In this document: positions 1 through 12,400 of the stretch, in pieces
Numbering within the stretch: the first letter of the stretch is position 1
Layout of the letters: every line of letters starts with the position of its first letter
NCBI GenBank assembly: GCA_047495785.1
Contig: JBLDXI010000024.1
Location: 4,588,001 to 4,652,000 of the forward strand
Origin: Lepidodermella squamata
Lineage: Eukaryota > Animalia > Gastrotricha
Direction: 5' to 3'
Length of the DNA: 64,000 nt
Position numbers and translations under genes: made by a program
Notes under the pieces: model-generated
The model's input: only the letters and a program-made list of their open reading frames with translations
What the model was told of the DNA's origin: nothing
Database searches by the model: none

Positions 1-1307
1 ATCTTGTACAACTCACAAATCAATTTGTTTTTGACTGTGAAAGTCGTATTTGAGGCCCTGTCAGCCGGTGGGATGAACTACCACACGAGAGTTTACCCGC
101 TACAACTGTACCAATACTCTGGGGCTAGTAGCATTTTGATCTTCATAATTCAAGGCATTTGGATAATACTGCTGATATCTGTGACTATCAAAGCTGTTTA
201 TTCAATGAAAAAACATGGGCCTAAACAGCATTTGAAGGATGGTTGGAATGTATTGGAACTTGTCTCGATCGCCATAGCTTACGGCATTGTCGGTCTCTTC
301 GTTGCGAGGATTTCTAGCATTATCAAAATGATCAATAGAATGCAGACTGATCGATCATCCCACACTAATCTCGACCTACTGGTCAATTGGGACGAAATAA
401 TGGCTAACCTCTACGGCTTGACCTTCTTCATGACCATGATGCTGTTCTTCCGAAATCTGAAATTCAACAAATATTGGTGCATGTTTTTGGCTACTTTATC
501 GAGGGGTAGGAATGACCTGCTTTCATTTATCATTGTGTTCACCATCATCACAATGATGTTCTCTGGCTTGGGCTATTTGACTCTTGGGGCAACTCAAACC
601 GAGTTCAGATCGGTAACAGCTTCAATAATGACCCTACTGCAAAATGTGATCGGTGTAACTGGGACTTTGATCTCCCTCGGCACAAAGTCTCGGTTGATCA
701 TGATCTACTGCATCGCCTACTCTTCGATCGTAATGTTTTTAGCTGTCCAGATTTTCATGACCATCATAACTGTGACGTATGATCATGTTACTGACGACGT
801 TGAGCATAACACTAACTGGGACAAAGAGGTGTCGGAATACATGGTCAAGGAATTTAAGAAGTTGATAACCAGAAAGCAGTCTAAGGAAGATATAGGAATC
901 GACCTGTTAGTTAATGACAGCTCCTTTCCCGAACGTAAGTATAACATTGATGTCTCAAAATTTTTTAACTAACCCTTACATTTGCAGTTGATGAAGCATT
1001 GAATCGGCTTTTGCAACGTGTCGACGCCGTTGCGAAGAATGCTCCACTCATCGAGGAGGATAAACGAGTTGCGTGTAACATCCGCTGGGCCGAGCAGTAT
1101 CTCAGCCTATCGCGCGCAAAATCTGCGAAGCCCGATGTCCGACAACCCTCGGCAACATTCACTATAACGTCAGACGAAGTTGGAGCCCGGCGTCCTAAAA
1201 AGATTCCAAAACGAAGACCTTCAGTTGAACCCATCTTCACGGCAAGACTACCCGGTGGCTTCGCCTATTATGAGTTTCTCAGCCGGTTCAGTGAGCACAA
1301 CGTTTAA
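1..1307 (+). CDS. Polycystin-1-like (PKD1-like) channel subunit, copy A, 3' end only (end of TOP domain, last TM helices, C-tail)
   Basis: LYNSQINLF motif of the polycystin channel domain plus hydrophobic helices. Intron 935-987 (GTAAGT...TTTGCAG) joins the last exon 988-1307. Paralogous to the 3' ends of copies B-D. Confidence 0.9.
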
Positions 1308-1891
1308 CGTTCGGAAGTGGCCGACTCTTTAACTATACTAACTTTTCTGCCCCATTTAAAAGTCTGCTAATCAGACGAAAGACAAATTTGATTTGGTTAA
1401 AGTGTGAAAGCCTATTCATAGGATGGCATTGGTTGCAAGTACTTTAAAGCGTCAGTCAGAAAACTCTGGTAGTCTTTTGCTGACCTAATATGTCGCAGTA
1501 AACAATTATGTTATCGACATTCGAAATAACTATGAATAAACGCATTCAAAATTTTAGATCATGAATATCAAGAGTTTGGGGCTGCCCTAGCCTTTAATCT
1601 GTTCTCCTGTTATATGTCTTTATTCGAAGTTCTTAGCGGCCATTTGCTAAGCAAAATCGGGTTTTGGAATTTGAGGATGAAGTTTTATAGCTTTTTTAAC
1701 GTTTCACGTTAGATAGTAGGTTCAAATATCTATCTTTGTCATTAAATGCTTCCTAGCCATAATAACGCCGCATGTTCGGCCGATCTCCATCGTTTTGCAG
1801 TTATAATTAACCCCAGTTTCGGAATGCTGATATTCGGTATTTGAACCTACTGAACGCGATTAAAGGAACGAGCTACGCCACTGGAAAAAAG

Positions 1892-1892
<1 letters not shown>

Positions 1893-1930
<38 letters not shown>
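1893..1930. repeat. (CA)19 microsatellite
   Basis: Perfect CA dinucleotide run read directly. Confidence 0.97.
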
Positions 1931-1932
<2 letters not shown>

Positions 1933-2125
1933 GTAAAGTAAGAAAATGTTTATTGATTGAAGTACGCATTCATTTGATAATGAGTTTCAATTAATTCGGT
2001 TATCATTGTATTCTCTATCCTTTATGTCATCGGTCATCGAAATAAAAAATGCATTATTTTAATTTATTGAATGTCAAATCATGTGCCTAAAATAATTTAC
2101 TTTGGTCATTTAGATAACTAGGACA

Positions 2126-3767
2126 TTAGCGCCTTTCCGCTCTAAGCATAATCGGGGTTGCGTTCATTCGCAAGCCATTCGGTCGCCATTTAATCGGCAG
2201 TTCCATCGTCTCAGCAACAGAGAATCGCAATTTTCTAACCAGAGTAGCCAGAGCCAACTTCAGTTCCAGCTGCGCAAGTCGCATGCCGATGCAATTACGG
2301 TTGCCAAGCCCGAACGGCATGAAGCTGAACGGCGCAATGCTTTCAGGGTCACGGAACCTCTCTGGATCAAATCGGTGAGGTTCGTTCCACAGATGCGGAT
2401 CCTGATGTAGAGTATTCACCGGTATTGCTACAACCGTGTCCTTGGCAATGTGGTAGCCTCCAAGCTGCGTGTCCTGGGTACAGGATCTTTCGATCCTCGA
2501 AATTGGACAGTAAAGGCGAAGCGTTTCATTTATGCACATGTCAAGATACTTCAACTCGTAAACCATGTCCATAGTCACGTCTTTCACATCGCCAGGGCAG
2601 GATTCGTTGACCTCTCGGAACAGCTTCTCCTGGCATTCATCATTTGAAGCAAGAGCGAAGAGAACCAGCGAAAGCATATTGGCTGTACTCTCGTATCCAG
2701 CGACGAAAAACAGCACAGCTTGTGCGACGATTTCATCATGGGTCAGGCCATTTCGCAGCCATGGCAGGTTGTACTCATCGTATTCAACGAAGTCTTTGTT
2801 TGCAGGGTCCTTCGGGTCCATCTCAAATGTCATAACCATCTGTAGAAAGTCAGGCCGCTCCACTTTGTTGTTGCTTTGCCGTCTCCGTTTCATCTCGTCC
2901 TCAACAACGTTTTGAAAGAAGATGTAAGGCTTCATCATCTCAGAGCTGTTAGGAGTCAGCTTTGAGATGATGGGCAATAGGAACGGGAAGAGAAAAACCG
3001 AAGTTACTATTTTCCGCATAGATCCTTTGTTGATATCCCGAGCAAAAGCTTGACGGGCGTATTTTACAAATGGATTTTCCGGGTTGTTTAACGAATCAAG
3101 TTCCATTCCAAAGGCAACTGAAGCAATGACATCCATTGTGAAGCATCCACAAAACGTTTTGATGTCAAACGCCTCTCTACTGTCGCATTTCCTAACGATA
3201 TTCAGATAGAGCTGTTCCGTAGATTGGTTGATCAGGGGCGTCATGCGACGCAAGGCGTTTGGCGTGAAAGCCGGGGTGATCATTTGGCGGACGTGCTTCC
3301 ACCTTTTACCAGTTAGAGAAGTTAGGACCAAGTCGAGCGTGCGGCTTCGCATTTTCGCAATGATTCGACGATCGACGTACGATTCGGCATCTTTGAGCAG
3401 GACTTGCCGAATCAGATCAGGCTCTGAAACCTGGAAAAGGGAAAACTATCAAAAAGGAAATCTTTTATCAGGAAGACTTGATTACCATGACTATCGGCTG
3501 GCGACCTTCGAAGATGCCGAACATAGTACCGTAATTGTCGACCAGCTTCTGTTCGACCTCGAAGAAATCCTCCGCGTCCAGATACAGATCCCAAGATCCA
3601 ATCCAACCTGTTGGTTTGACGTAGGGCATTCCGGCGTCTCGAAACATGTTTCTATACTTGTGCACATATCGATAAGCTGCCCAGTACAGACCAAGTGAAA
3701 GTGCTCCGATCGCGGCAATAGGCACAACAAAGTAGTGCAGCAAGGTTTCGCTTGTTAAAATATCCAT
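2126..3767 (-). CDS. Cytochrome P450, clan 3 (CYP3-like), 2 exons (3767-3486, 3430-2126), 528 aa
   Basis: N-terminal membrane anchor, I-helix AQAVLFFVAGYEST, ETLR, FDPERF and heme motif FGLGNRNCIG. A 55-bp GT-AG intron (3431-3485) joins the two ORFs in frame. Confidence 0.93.
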
Positions 3768-4766
3768 CGTAAATTTTCACTTTTGAAAAAATGTACGTAT
3801 TAGCAAGAATGAATGTGACGATAAAAAAGCGGTTTATAAATAGGCTCCTTATCTCGCGCACCAGTTTTCGATAAACCTCCGCTTCCTAATTTGGCATTAC
3901 TGCGGTTTGGCTCGCTATATACGGTATTAATGAATCACAAGCAAATATATTAGATGGACTTGTACGTACTTGGAAATTAGCCAGATGACGTATGGCGGTT
4001 TTTTGCCCTTTTTGTCGCGTTTTCAGAGAGATTACTCAACGTGACGTCTAACAAAGAAGTGACCGTATAGCAGGCATCTTATCAACAGCATATGGGGGTC
4101 ACACTGATTTCGCCCCCTCCCTCCCCCTCCTCCTACCTTATTACTCACCCCCATTGCTCTAGATAGGGTACATCTCTGTGCAACTACATTATTTTCCTGT
4201 CAAACTACACATGCCAATTATCCGTTGCATATTCGTGAATTGAACCATTTTTATTTTTTCCATGGTCTTAAACAGTGCACGAAATACATGAGGGTAACCG
4301 AACCAATTCGAGAGGTCCAGATAAAAAATCTCGAATAAACCACAGAGGGAAGGGTTCGGGAAAATTCCACAATTTTCAGATGAATTTGATTTTTCCCGTG
4401 AAAGTTTCCTCTCCTTATTTTCTGTAGTTTCTCGTCGAATTTCCGAATTCCGATTAGGAAAATCAAAACAAATCGCGAAATGGCTGATAATATTTTTCAA
4501 TCTTTATTTAATGATGAAACAAATAATTCACAATTTTTTTAGTAGACACGTACGAAGTTGGTGACTGTGCGAAATCATATAAGTGGTACGGGGATTCGAA
4601 AAACTGTTCAGGGAATAGTAACCATCACGGACTTTTATAAAGAACCGTCACACACATTTGTAGATATATTCATCTATCTATTATTTATCTGATAGCAACT
4701 TGACATAGTAAGGCAACATTTGACAAAGGATGAAGGATGAGAATAAGTTGATGAAGATCTTATGAA

Positions 4767-7623
4767 TTACAACACAATCATCGACGCATAGACATTGACA
4801 GTTATAAAGATGTCAAAGCTGATGCAGAAGGCGGCGACATCCAACGCTCGAGCATAAGTCATCTTGGAATATCGAAACTCGAGTGTAGCCTCTTCGCTCA
4901 AAAACTCGGGGTAGCGCGTAGTAACGGCAAACATCACAGCTGCGTACAACGTGATCAAGCACGTGATACCGCATAGAATCAAAATATATTCAGCCATAAG
5001 AACTGACTCCGCTGTATCTGGAATTTCTCTTAGTACATCAGACTGCATGAACATCATACTCAGCAGCAGTGTTCCAGTAAATGCTGGTCGATCGGGGCAA
5101 TCGGGCTGAAAGATCAACGATCCAAAGACTAAAAGCATGAGGATACCACATGGTGCCATATTGTTTAAAATGTATGGCGTCGAACTCCGATCGAATACTA
5201 CAGTAAAGCGTGCATAGCTTGAAGTTCCATTTCTTCTCAGAGATGATTTAGTCAAGCCATGGACTGATATTGCATTGCCAAGTTTCCACAACTCGCTGTC
5301 GAATGAAGGGTCGAATGCAATCCGAGCACTGGCGAAGTGCAAGTAACGGTTAGATTCGTCCAACACGAACGTGAAATCACAAGACTGCGAGTCGAAGGGA
5401 TATTTCCGCAACTTGAGCTCGCACTCCGCGTTCATTATGCCCAATCTCATCCAGTGAAAGAACAGGGTTCGATTCGGTGTTGTCGGGTAATAAACTATAT
5501 GCACCTGTTCTTTCCAAGACATGCTGTTCTCCATGTATGGATCTAGCGTTGTGTTATCAAATCGCATGCTTGGAACCCACACTTTGTTCCGATTCACAGA
5601 GTAGATTCGATCTGCTTCGTTAACATCTGGGGCAGTTGTCCGCCAATCGCAGGACCGCACAACCCACTGAACCAAAAGCTGAGCCCCAACAATAATTGCT
5701 CGACTATCTGCATTGATGTCAATGAGGCGCTTGAATTCGATTGTGATGTAGATTTTTGTGCCAAAATCTGGCGCCCTGAAAATGCAGGAAAATGATGAAT
5801 ATCAGAGGTTGATTCAAAGCTTGTCTTACCGATTATCCGGGTCTATGTTCTCACAAGTCGTCAGATCTTTCAGCCGCAACAGCGGAAAAATGTTGCCTTC
5901 AATCAAATTTGGAAGGTCTAATTGCGAGGAATTAGTCGAAAAGTCATATTCTCGAGGGCCTGGTGTAGTGGTTCGTGTGAAGCCTTGAAATTCGGTTGAT
6001 AGGATCGTAGTAGATGTTACGGATGAACCTTCGGAACTTTGCGTTGATATACCTGCAGTAGATTTACTGATACCCTGAGTTGAAGAAGAAATTGCGTTCG
6101 TTGAAGTCTCCGTTAAGGTGGTAGTTTGTGGCGAATCAGAAGTTGTGCTGGGTGTATTGAATGTTTTGCTAGTACTAGTGGTCGATAAAGTACTCGAAAT
6201 AGTCGATGAGCTTCCTGGGTTACTGGTTGTTGGGCTGGGGGAACTTGATGCCGTTGATGACGTTGCCAGGGTTGTAGATGTCGTTGAGCTGGTGGCTGCA
6301 GTAGTAGAAGTAGGCGTTGTGGTTGTAATAGTAGTGGTAGGTGTTGTGGATGTTGTTGGGGCTGTAGAACTAGTGATCGTTGTGGAGCTAGAAATGAAAC
6401 TCGTGGAGATGGGTGTGGACGTTGATTCTGTGGTTGCAGTGGAGGTCAAAGTTGTGGTAGGCGCCGAGGCAGTTGTAGTGGTTGTACTCGATACCGTGGA
6501 GCTGGGTGACATTGTTTGAGTTGTAGATTGAGCTGTAGAAGTCGAAGAAGTTGAACTAGACGACGCTGTGGTCGTCGTTGATGTTGTAGTTGAGGGCGAA
6601 GTGGTCGTTGTCGTAGTCGTCGTGGACGAAGTTGACGTGCTAGTCGCTAGCTTCCAAAAGTAGAAATTTCTCACGTAAATCTCCGCTCGGTTGTCAGTTG
6701 CGAGGCCTGCCATTCTCAGTTTCACATTTCCAGTTGACCAGATTGCGTTCATACCGGTTAAATTAGCATAGTCAACGCAAACCTTGCCTTGAAGATTGTT
6801 CAACGGGGCCATGGCGACTGTGAGAGCTTGCCCGAAGACTTGAATAATCAGGCGGAAATTCGCGACCCCTGAAGCGTTGAAAAGCCCAGTGCCACAGGCA
6901 GCTGTCGATGTAGCGACAACGGGCGAGCACGGAAGGGTGCAGTACGGTGTTTGAATGGGAGTTTTCATCCAAATGCGCATAACACCATTGAGCATCAACT
7001 GCTGCAGTACTGCGAAACCATGAAATAGCCTAACATCAGAAACTCTGCTCTGAAGAGAATCTATAGCAGAGTTAATTAGGAAAACATCAACGCGCGATTT
7101 AAAAAAACTCACTAAAATATGAACAGGACTCGTTCGAGAACAGAATTCCGAGCATAGCCGGTACACTGCTGCTGTATGTCGGGTCGTAGAGAACCCTGAT
7201 GTCCATCTCCGCTCGCCAATTCAGCGAGGCTGCGTCGAAATACTGCAAAAATAACAATATAACAACTCAACTTTCTGAACATCCTGAATTCAGAATTCAG
7301 ACCTGGTCTGCTGAAAATCGGCCGACATCTGTGGCGCCTGACATGATGCCCAATTGATAACTGTTGCTCAAGGACCAAGCATCTTGGCTCCATGTAGCGG
7401 TCATGGATCCAGAAATACTCGAATTTGCTTTGTCGAAAGAAGTAGCAGCGGTGTACACTGGAACTCCAGAGTAAAGGTAAGGCAGAGGAAATGTCGCAGT
7501 ATCAGGAACTGGAGTGATTTGGCATCCTGAAAAGCGTAAATACGAATTTTCCTCGATCTAAGGCTGTAACTGGGTCATACCGATGCTTCCGAGAAGCGCG
7601 AGTATCAGTAGCAATCTCAGCAT
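4767..7623 (-). CDS. Cys-loop (pentameric) ligand-gated ion channel subunit with extra N-terminal domain and Ser/Thr mucin-like stalk; 5 exons (7623-7581, 7526-7303, 7242-7113, 7060-5830, 5775-4767), 878 aa
   Basis: Signal peptide MLRLLLILALLGSIGC. Four phase-compatible GT-AG introns of 52-60 bp give one open frame. Cys-loop CELKLRKYPFDSQSC (C-x13-C with YPFD) and four C-terminal TM helices. Confidence 0.82.
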
Positions 7624-9494
7624 GTTTTTGAATATTGTCGAATCGCAAAATAAATTTTACGGGATAGCAAGCTCGTAAAGCCATTTACTGTTCTCTCCAG
7701 GTTCGAGAGGCATCACTCAAAAGCTTTTTTGGGGTGCTTTAGACCCAACTTCGATCTTGAAGCGACACATTAGTGCTAATTTGCCATTCCTTCACGCTAA
7801 ATGCATGGTCAAAGTATGCAAGCATCGCCGCTCTACCATTGCTATTATTACAACTCTGGCATGGACCCATTGAACGTCAATCACTCGATCAAGCTCAACA
7901 GATGACGTCAATAACGTCACGCAGTAGGTCTGGAAACCTCGCAAAACATAAGCATTAGTAAAACCGATGTTTAAAGATGAAAATCATGCGGGTGTCAATG
8001 CGCTTTCAACCTTTTGTGTATCGTTGATTTATTTTGAATGTGGCTGACCGAAAAACGCAGAAGTCATGCGTGCGGTTCGTGCCGTCAGCACTACCATTCA
8101 CGTGAAGAATAAGTAGGCAACTATGCACGCTAGACACTTCTCATTTAGAGTCCATGTTGATGTTTGATGTTACAGCCACTGTACTACTATTTTGCAGGTC
8201 AAATGTCACACGTGCCCACGTGATCAAAGCGCGGAAATGATTCGAATTAACAAATTGTGAATAAATCTGGGATCTGAGAGGAAAATCACACTTACTCCTA
8301 ACTCAACTCAAGGATAGAGTTGTCATTGAGGGTACCGTACTCCCAGTCTCCCCGCTACTTCTCGCACTGCTAGATGAATACCCCGGCTTTCGAAGCAAGC
8401 GATCGGTTGTTACAAAAGATTTCTTGGTAGTTACTAGTTTTCCAGTAGTTACTTAGCTCGAACAGGAAAGGATTTTTGCTGTATTGCTGTCCATTTCGTG
8501 TAATTTGAACAAATAATACGAGCGAAGCGAGGAAATTATTTGGATTTTCCACTAAAATGAGCTCCAAAACCCCCTGAAAATGATGATATAAAGGACACTT
8601 GCTCATTGCGCATTGCCTCAAGCAAGCGCAAACATTAATCTCGAATCGATAAAGACGCGCTGGGCTCGAAACTGGCCGGGTTATCTTTTTGCAGCAAACT
8701 TAAATGGATTAAAGGCGCGCAATGAATGCGATAGCCAAGACAATGTCGCAGGGTGGGCGACAGAACGAGAAATAAATGGCGTAAAACTATTTTTGCATTT
8801 CCGCAAGTCAGTCGCTTGCCGGAACAACTGAGCGCTACTGTTTTCTGTGCATCAAATGCATTACGCCATCTGTTTCTAGTTTAGTCAAGTCGTTCTGTCG
8901 CCCACCCGGCGATATGTTCAGTATTTCAAAATTCCGACCAATCGATTCGTTAAATATCTAATATGTCTTGGATAAGTTTGAAGCCAAATCGCTGAACTTT
9001 CCTTCCGTACTTGAGGCATCGTACTTGGGGAACCTTGGGGGACCTTGACAAGTTCTGAGTTTTTAATAAGTTGATCAATTGCGAAAGTTTAGAAGCGATC
9101 TGTCTAAACAGTGTGGCGAGGTTTTAGCCGAATTTTCCAGATGGATTGATGTTGTATCTTACATATTTATGAGCCAGCCACAGTTACCCAGCCATTGTTT
9201 CGAGAGCGACGTCTTGCCAAGCGACACTTCACTCGCTTTGCGAATATTGATTCGAAAAATATATCATGAACTAACCGTTCCACTCATGAATCATTCAGCA
9301 GGTAAAAAACCGTTGCGAAATAGTTACTGAATGGTGAAATCCATTGTTTCCGCTCGCCTTTGTTTTCACTTGCATGTTGGCAATAAATTTGCACTATAAA
9401 GCAGCTAAGCTGGAAATTAGACAAAACTGCCCTATCATGGCGGCGTTATCGTGTTTTTGTCTGACTGATTCAAAATTATTCAAATAAAAATACC

Positions 9495-12400
9495 ATGCGA
9501 CTTCTTCTGCTGGGTTTTTCTGTAATCTTTCTGATCAATTTGAGAGCTGCCAAAGGCCGTTAGTGCGTTGAAAGCAGAAAATATGACCTCATTTTTTCTT
9601 TACAGAGACATGTTACCCAGCCTGCCAGAATGGCAATTGCACAGCGACAAACACGTGCTCGTGCAACATTGGGTGGGGCGGAGCTCAATGTGAACAAGCG
9701 GCACCAACAAGTTAGTATCATCTGCTTAAGGCTACATATTATTGATTATTAATCATTCCAAACTTAGTTTGTACGAGCAGTGCTCAATGCGCTAATGGTG
9801 GGACATGCTCAGAAAAGAACTGTTATTGCCCTGGTTCATGGACAGGCCCAGCATGCGCAGACACAGGTTTGCTTCTACCTTATATTGGGATTTGCCCATC
9901 ATTTTGGACCTGATATAGGAACTGTTATGTGTCATCCAACTGGCTACGACTATCCATACTGCTACAACGGCGGCACCTGCACTTGGAGTGGATCAACAAG
10001 CGCTTGCTACTGCAGAAATGGATACACCGGGAAATATTGTGAAACAGGTTTGTTTCTATCGACTCCCTTCCATTAGATATTCTGTCTCTGCCTTCCTCTA
10101 GTTCTGTGTAGCCAACCGTGTCAAAATGGAGGTTCCTGTACTGCTACCGAAACTTGCAACTGTGTTGGTGGTTATACTGGGACTTACTGCAATACATTTT
10201 CTTGTGCAAGCCCGTGTCAAAATGGTGGCAGTTGTGTGGCTCCTAATACTTGCAGCTGCGTGGATGATTGGACTGGGCCAACATGCAATACATGTGAGGA
10301 GATATTTGTCGTTTTCGATCCGTTTTATCCCGATAGTATCAATTACAGCTACTGCCTGCCAGAACATTGAACTACTGTCAAAGCTCGCCTCCTGGGGAGG
10401 TTCCATAGCAGGATCAAGCGGGGTTCCCGCAAATGGTGACGGAAATTTACTGGCTGGCAACTTCTGGCAGCCAACCGGCACAGAATGGAACATTTACATT
10501 GAATTCAACTTTGGTCGCGAGGTTTCGGTAAAAACCATCGGCATAGCGGCTGGCTCTGCTGGTATCGGTTACATCGCGACTTACTCGCTATCCTTCCTAG
10601 CTAAAGCTGGACTTGGCGAGTTGATGGTTCCTGTGCTCACAAATATGTCGGATCCTAACAGCCCACCCGTGATCTACACCACTTTCCCGAACGCGTCAAA
10701 TAACATTTATTTCTATCTAACCACTCTATGTCCTGTTGTTCGAACGCAAAAGCTGAGAATTCACGTTAAGACCGGCTCGGGAGCGCTGACTAATGTTCGC
10801 TCTCGGTTTTTGATCTACGGCTGCCCAACTTATGCTGGATGCACAGTTTGCTCAGCAGGCAGTCAATGCCTTTGCCCCATAGGTTACACTAGCAATGACA
10901 CAACTCTTAATCCATGGCCTCATTGCGGTATTTTATTGTTTCGCAATATCACTGTTCCTATCGCATTTATTTTTCAGACCAACTGACTTTGCCTGTTTTG
11001 GACTGCGAGGATATCGCGATGCGCCAGCCTAGTGCTCAAAGTGGCGTCTATACAATTTATCCGATCGGATCTCCGCCCATCCAGGTTTTCTGCGATATGA
11101 CTTCGCTTGGTGGAGGCTGGACAGTTTTCCAACGCCGCGCTTCACCAGCAGTGGATTTCAACCGAAACTGGGTCGACTATCAGTCATTTTTCGGATCATT
11201 CAGTGACAGCTTTTGGCTGGGCCTAGACAGCATCTCGACAATTACCTACACCCCCTATAACTCATATAAAATGGCCATCAAAGCTTCAGATTTGGACTTC
11301 AATTACAACGGTCTTTACACTTGGAAGGGCTTCAGAATCAGCCCTGCTGCGAGCAACTACACTCTCGCTTATACATCGGTTGGGATCGGCAATATGGGAA
11401 ACAATTTAGCGAACGCTCAGAACAGACCATTCAGCACCAAAGATCGTGACAACGATAACGTAGCTGGTTCGAATTGTGCTGCTGACAACATGGGAGGCTG
11501 GTGGTACGGCACTACATGCGGCGTCTCAAGCTTAAATGGGTAGGAAATTCGAGAAATGGGTTGAGTACCGTAATTATATAGGTTGCATTCTCAGAGTTTA
11601 CAACTCAACCGTGGCTTATCAAGGCGTTATGTGGATCCCATGGGTTACATCGGTTTTCTCTTTGCGAAAGGCGCAGATGATGGTGAGAAGACAACAAATT
11701 GACTACTTTGGAACCCCAGGTAAGATTCATGAGAAAGTTTTTATAGCTTTAATGTTTCTTTTCAAGCTATTGCATTGACCTATACTAACCCTGCTGATTG
11801 TTCGGACATTGCGATTAACATGCCAAATGCACCTAGTGGAGTCTACACGATCTATCCACCCGGCGGCAATCCAGTCCAAACGTATTGTGAAATGGTGGCT
11901 CTCGGCGGGAATTGGACTGTGATTCAAAGGAATATCTACGGTTCTCCTCAGAGCTTTAATCAAAATTACGCAAGTTACGAAACAGGCTTCGGAAATCTGA
12001 ATGACGCTTTCTACCTTGGGAATACTGCAATCAACCAGCTAACTTCAGCTGGACCTCTTTACCAACTGGCCATTGTGCTTGAATTTACAAATGGCAATTT
12101 CAGGACTGCGAGATACAAGACTTTTTCGATAGAGAAGGCAGTGACGAATTACAAATTGAATGTTACTGGTTACAACTGGCTTGACGATGTTGAAACCGCA
12201 GGCGATTCGTTACTCTCCCACTCTGGGCAAGGATTCCAGGTTTATTCCAATCGATCGGGTGGCTGGTGGTTCAAAGACTGGGTCGCTGGGTCGTGCCTCG
12301 ACTCAAATTTGAATGGAGTAGCCATGAATAACACATTCGAGCAGGGAATCGTTTGGTCTTCCTGGAAAAGCCGAGTTAATTCGATCAAAAACAGTGTCAT

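Noticed and set aside
6118-6519. Val-rich ORFs (also 16210-16479 and 35240-35467)
   Set aside because: Antisense shadows of Thr/Ser-rich mucin exons.
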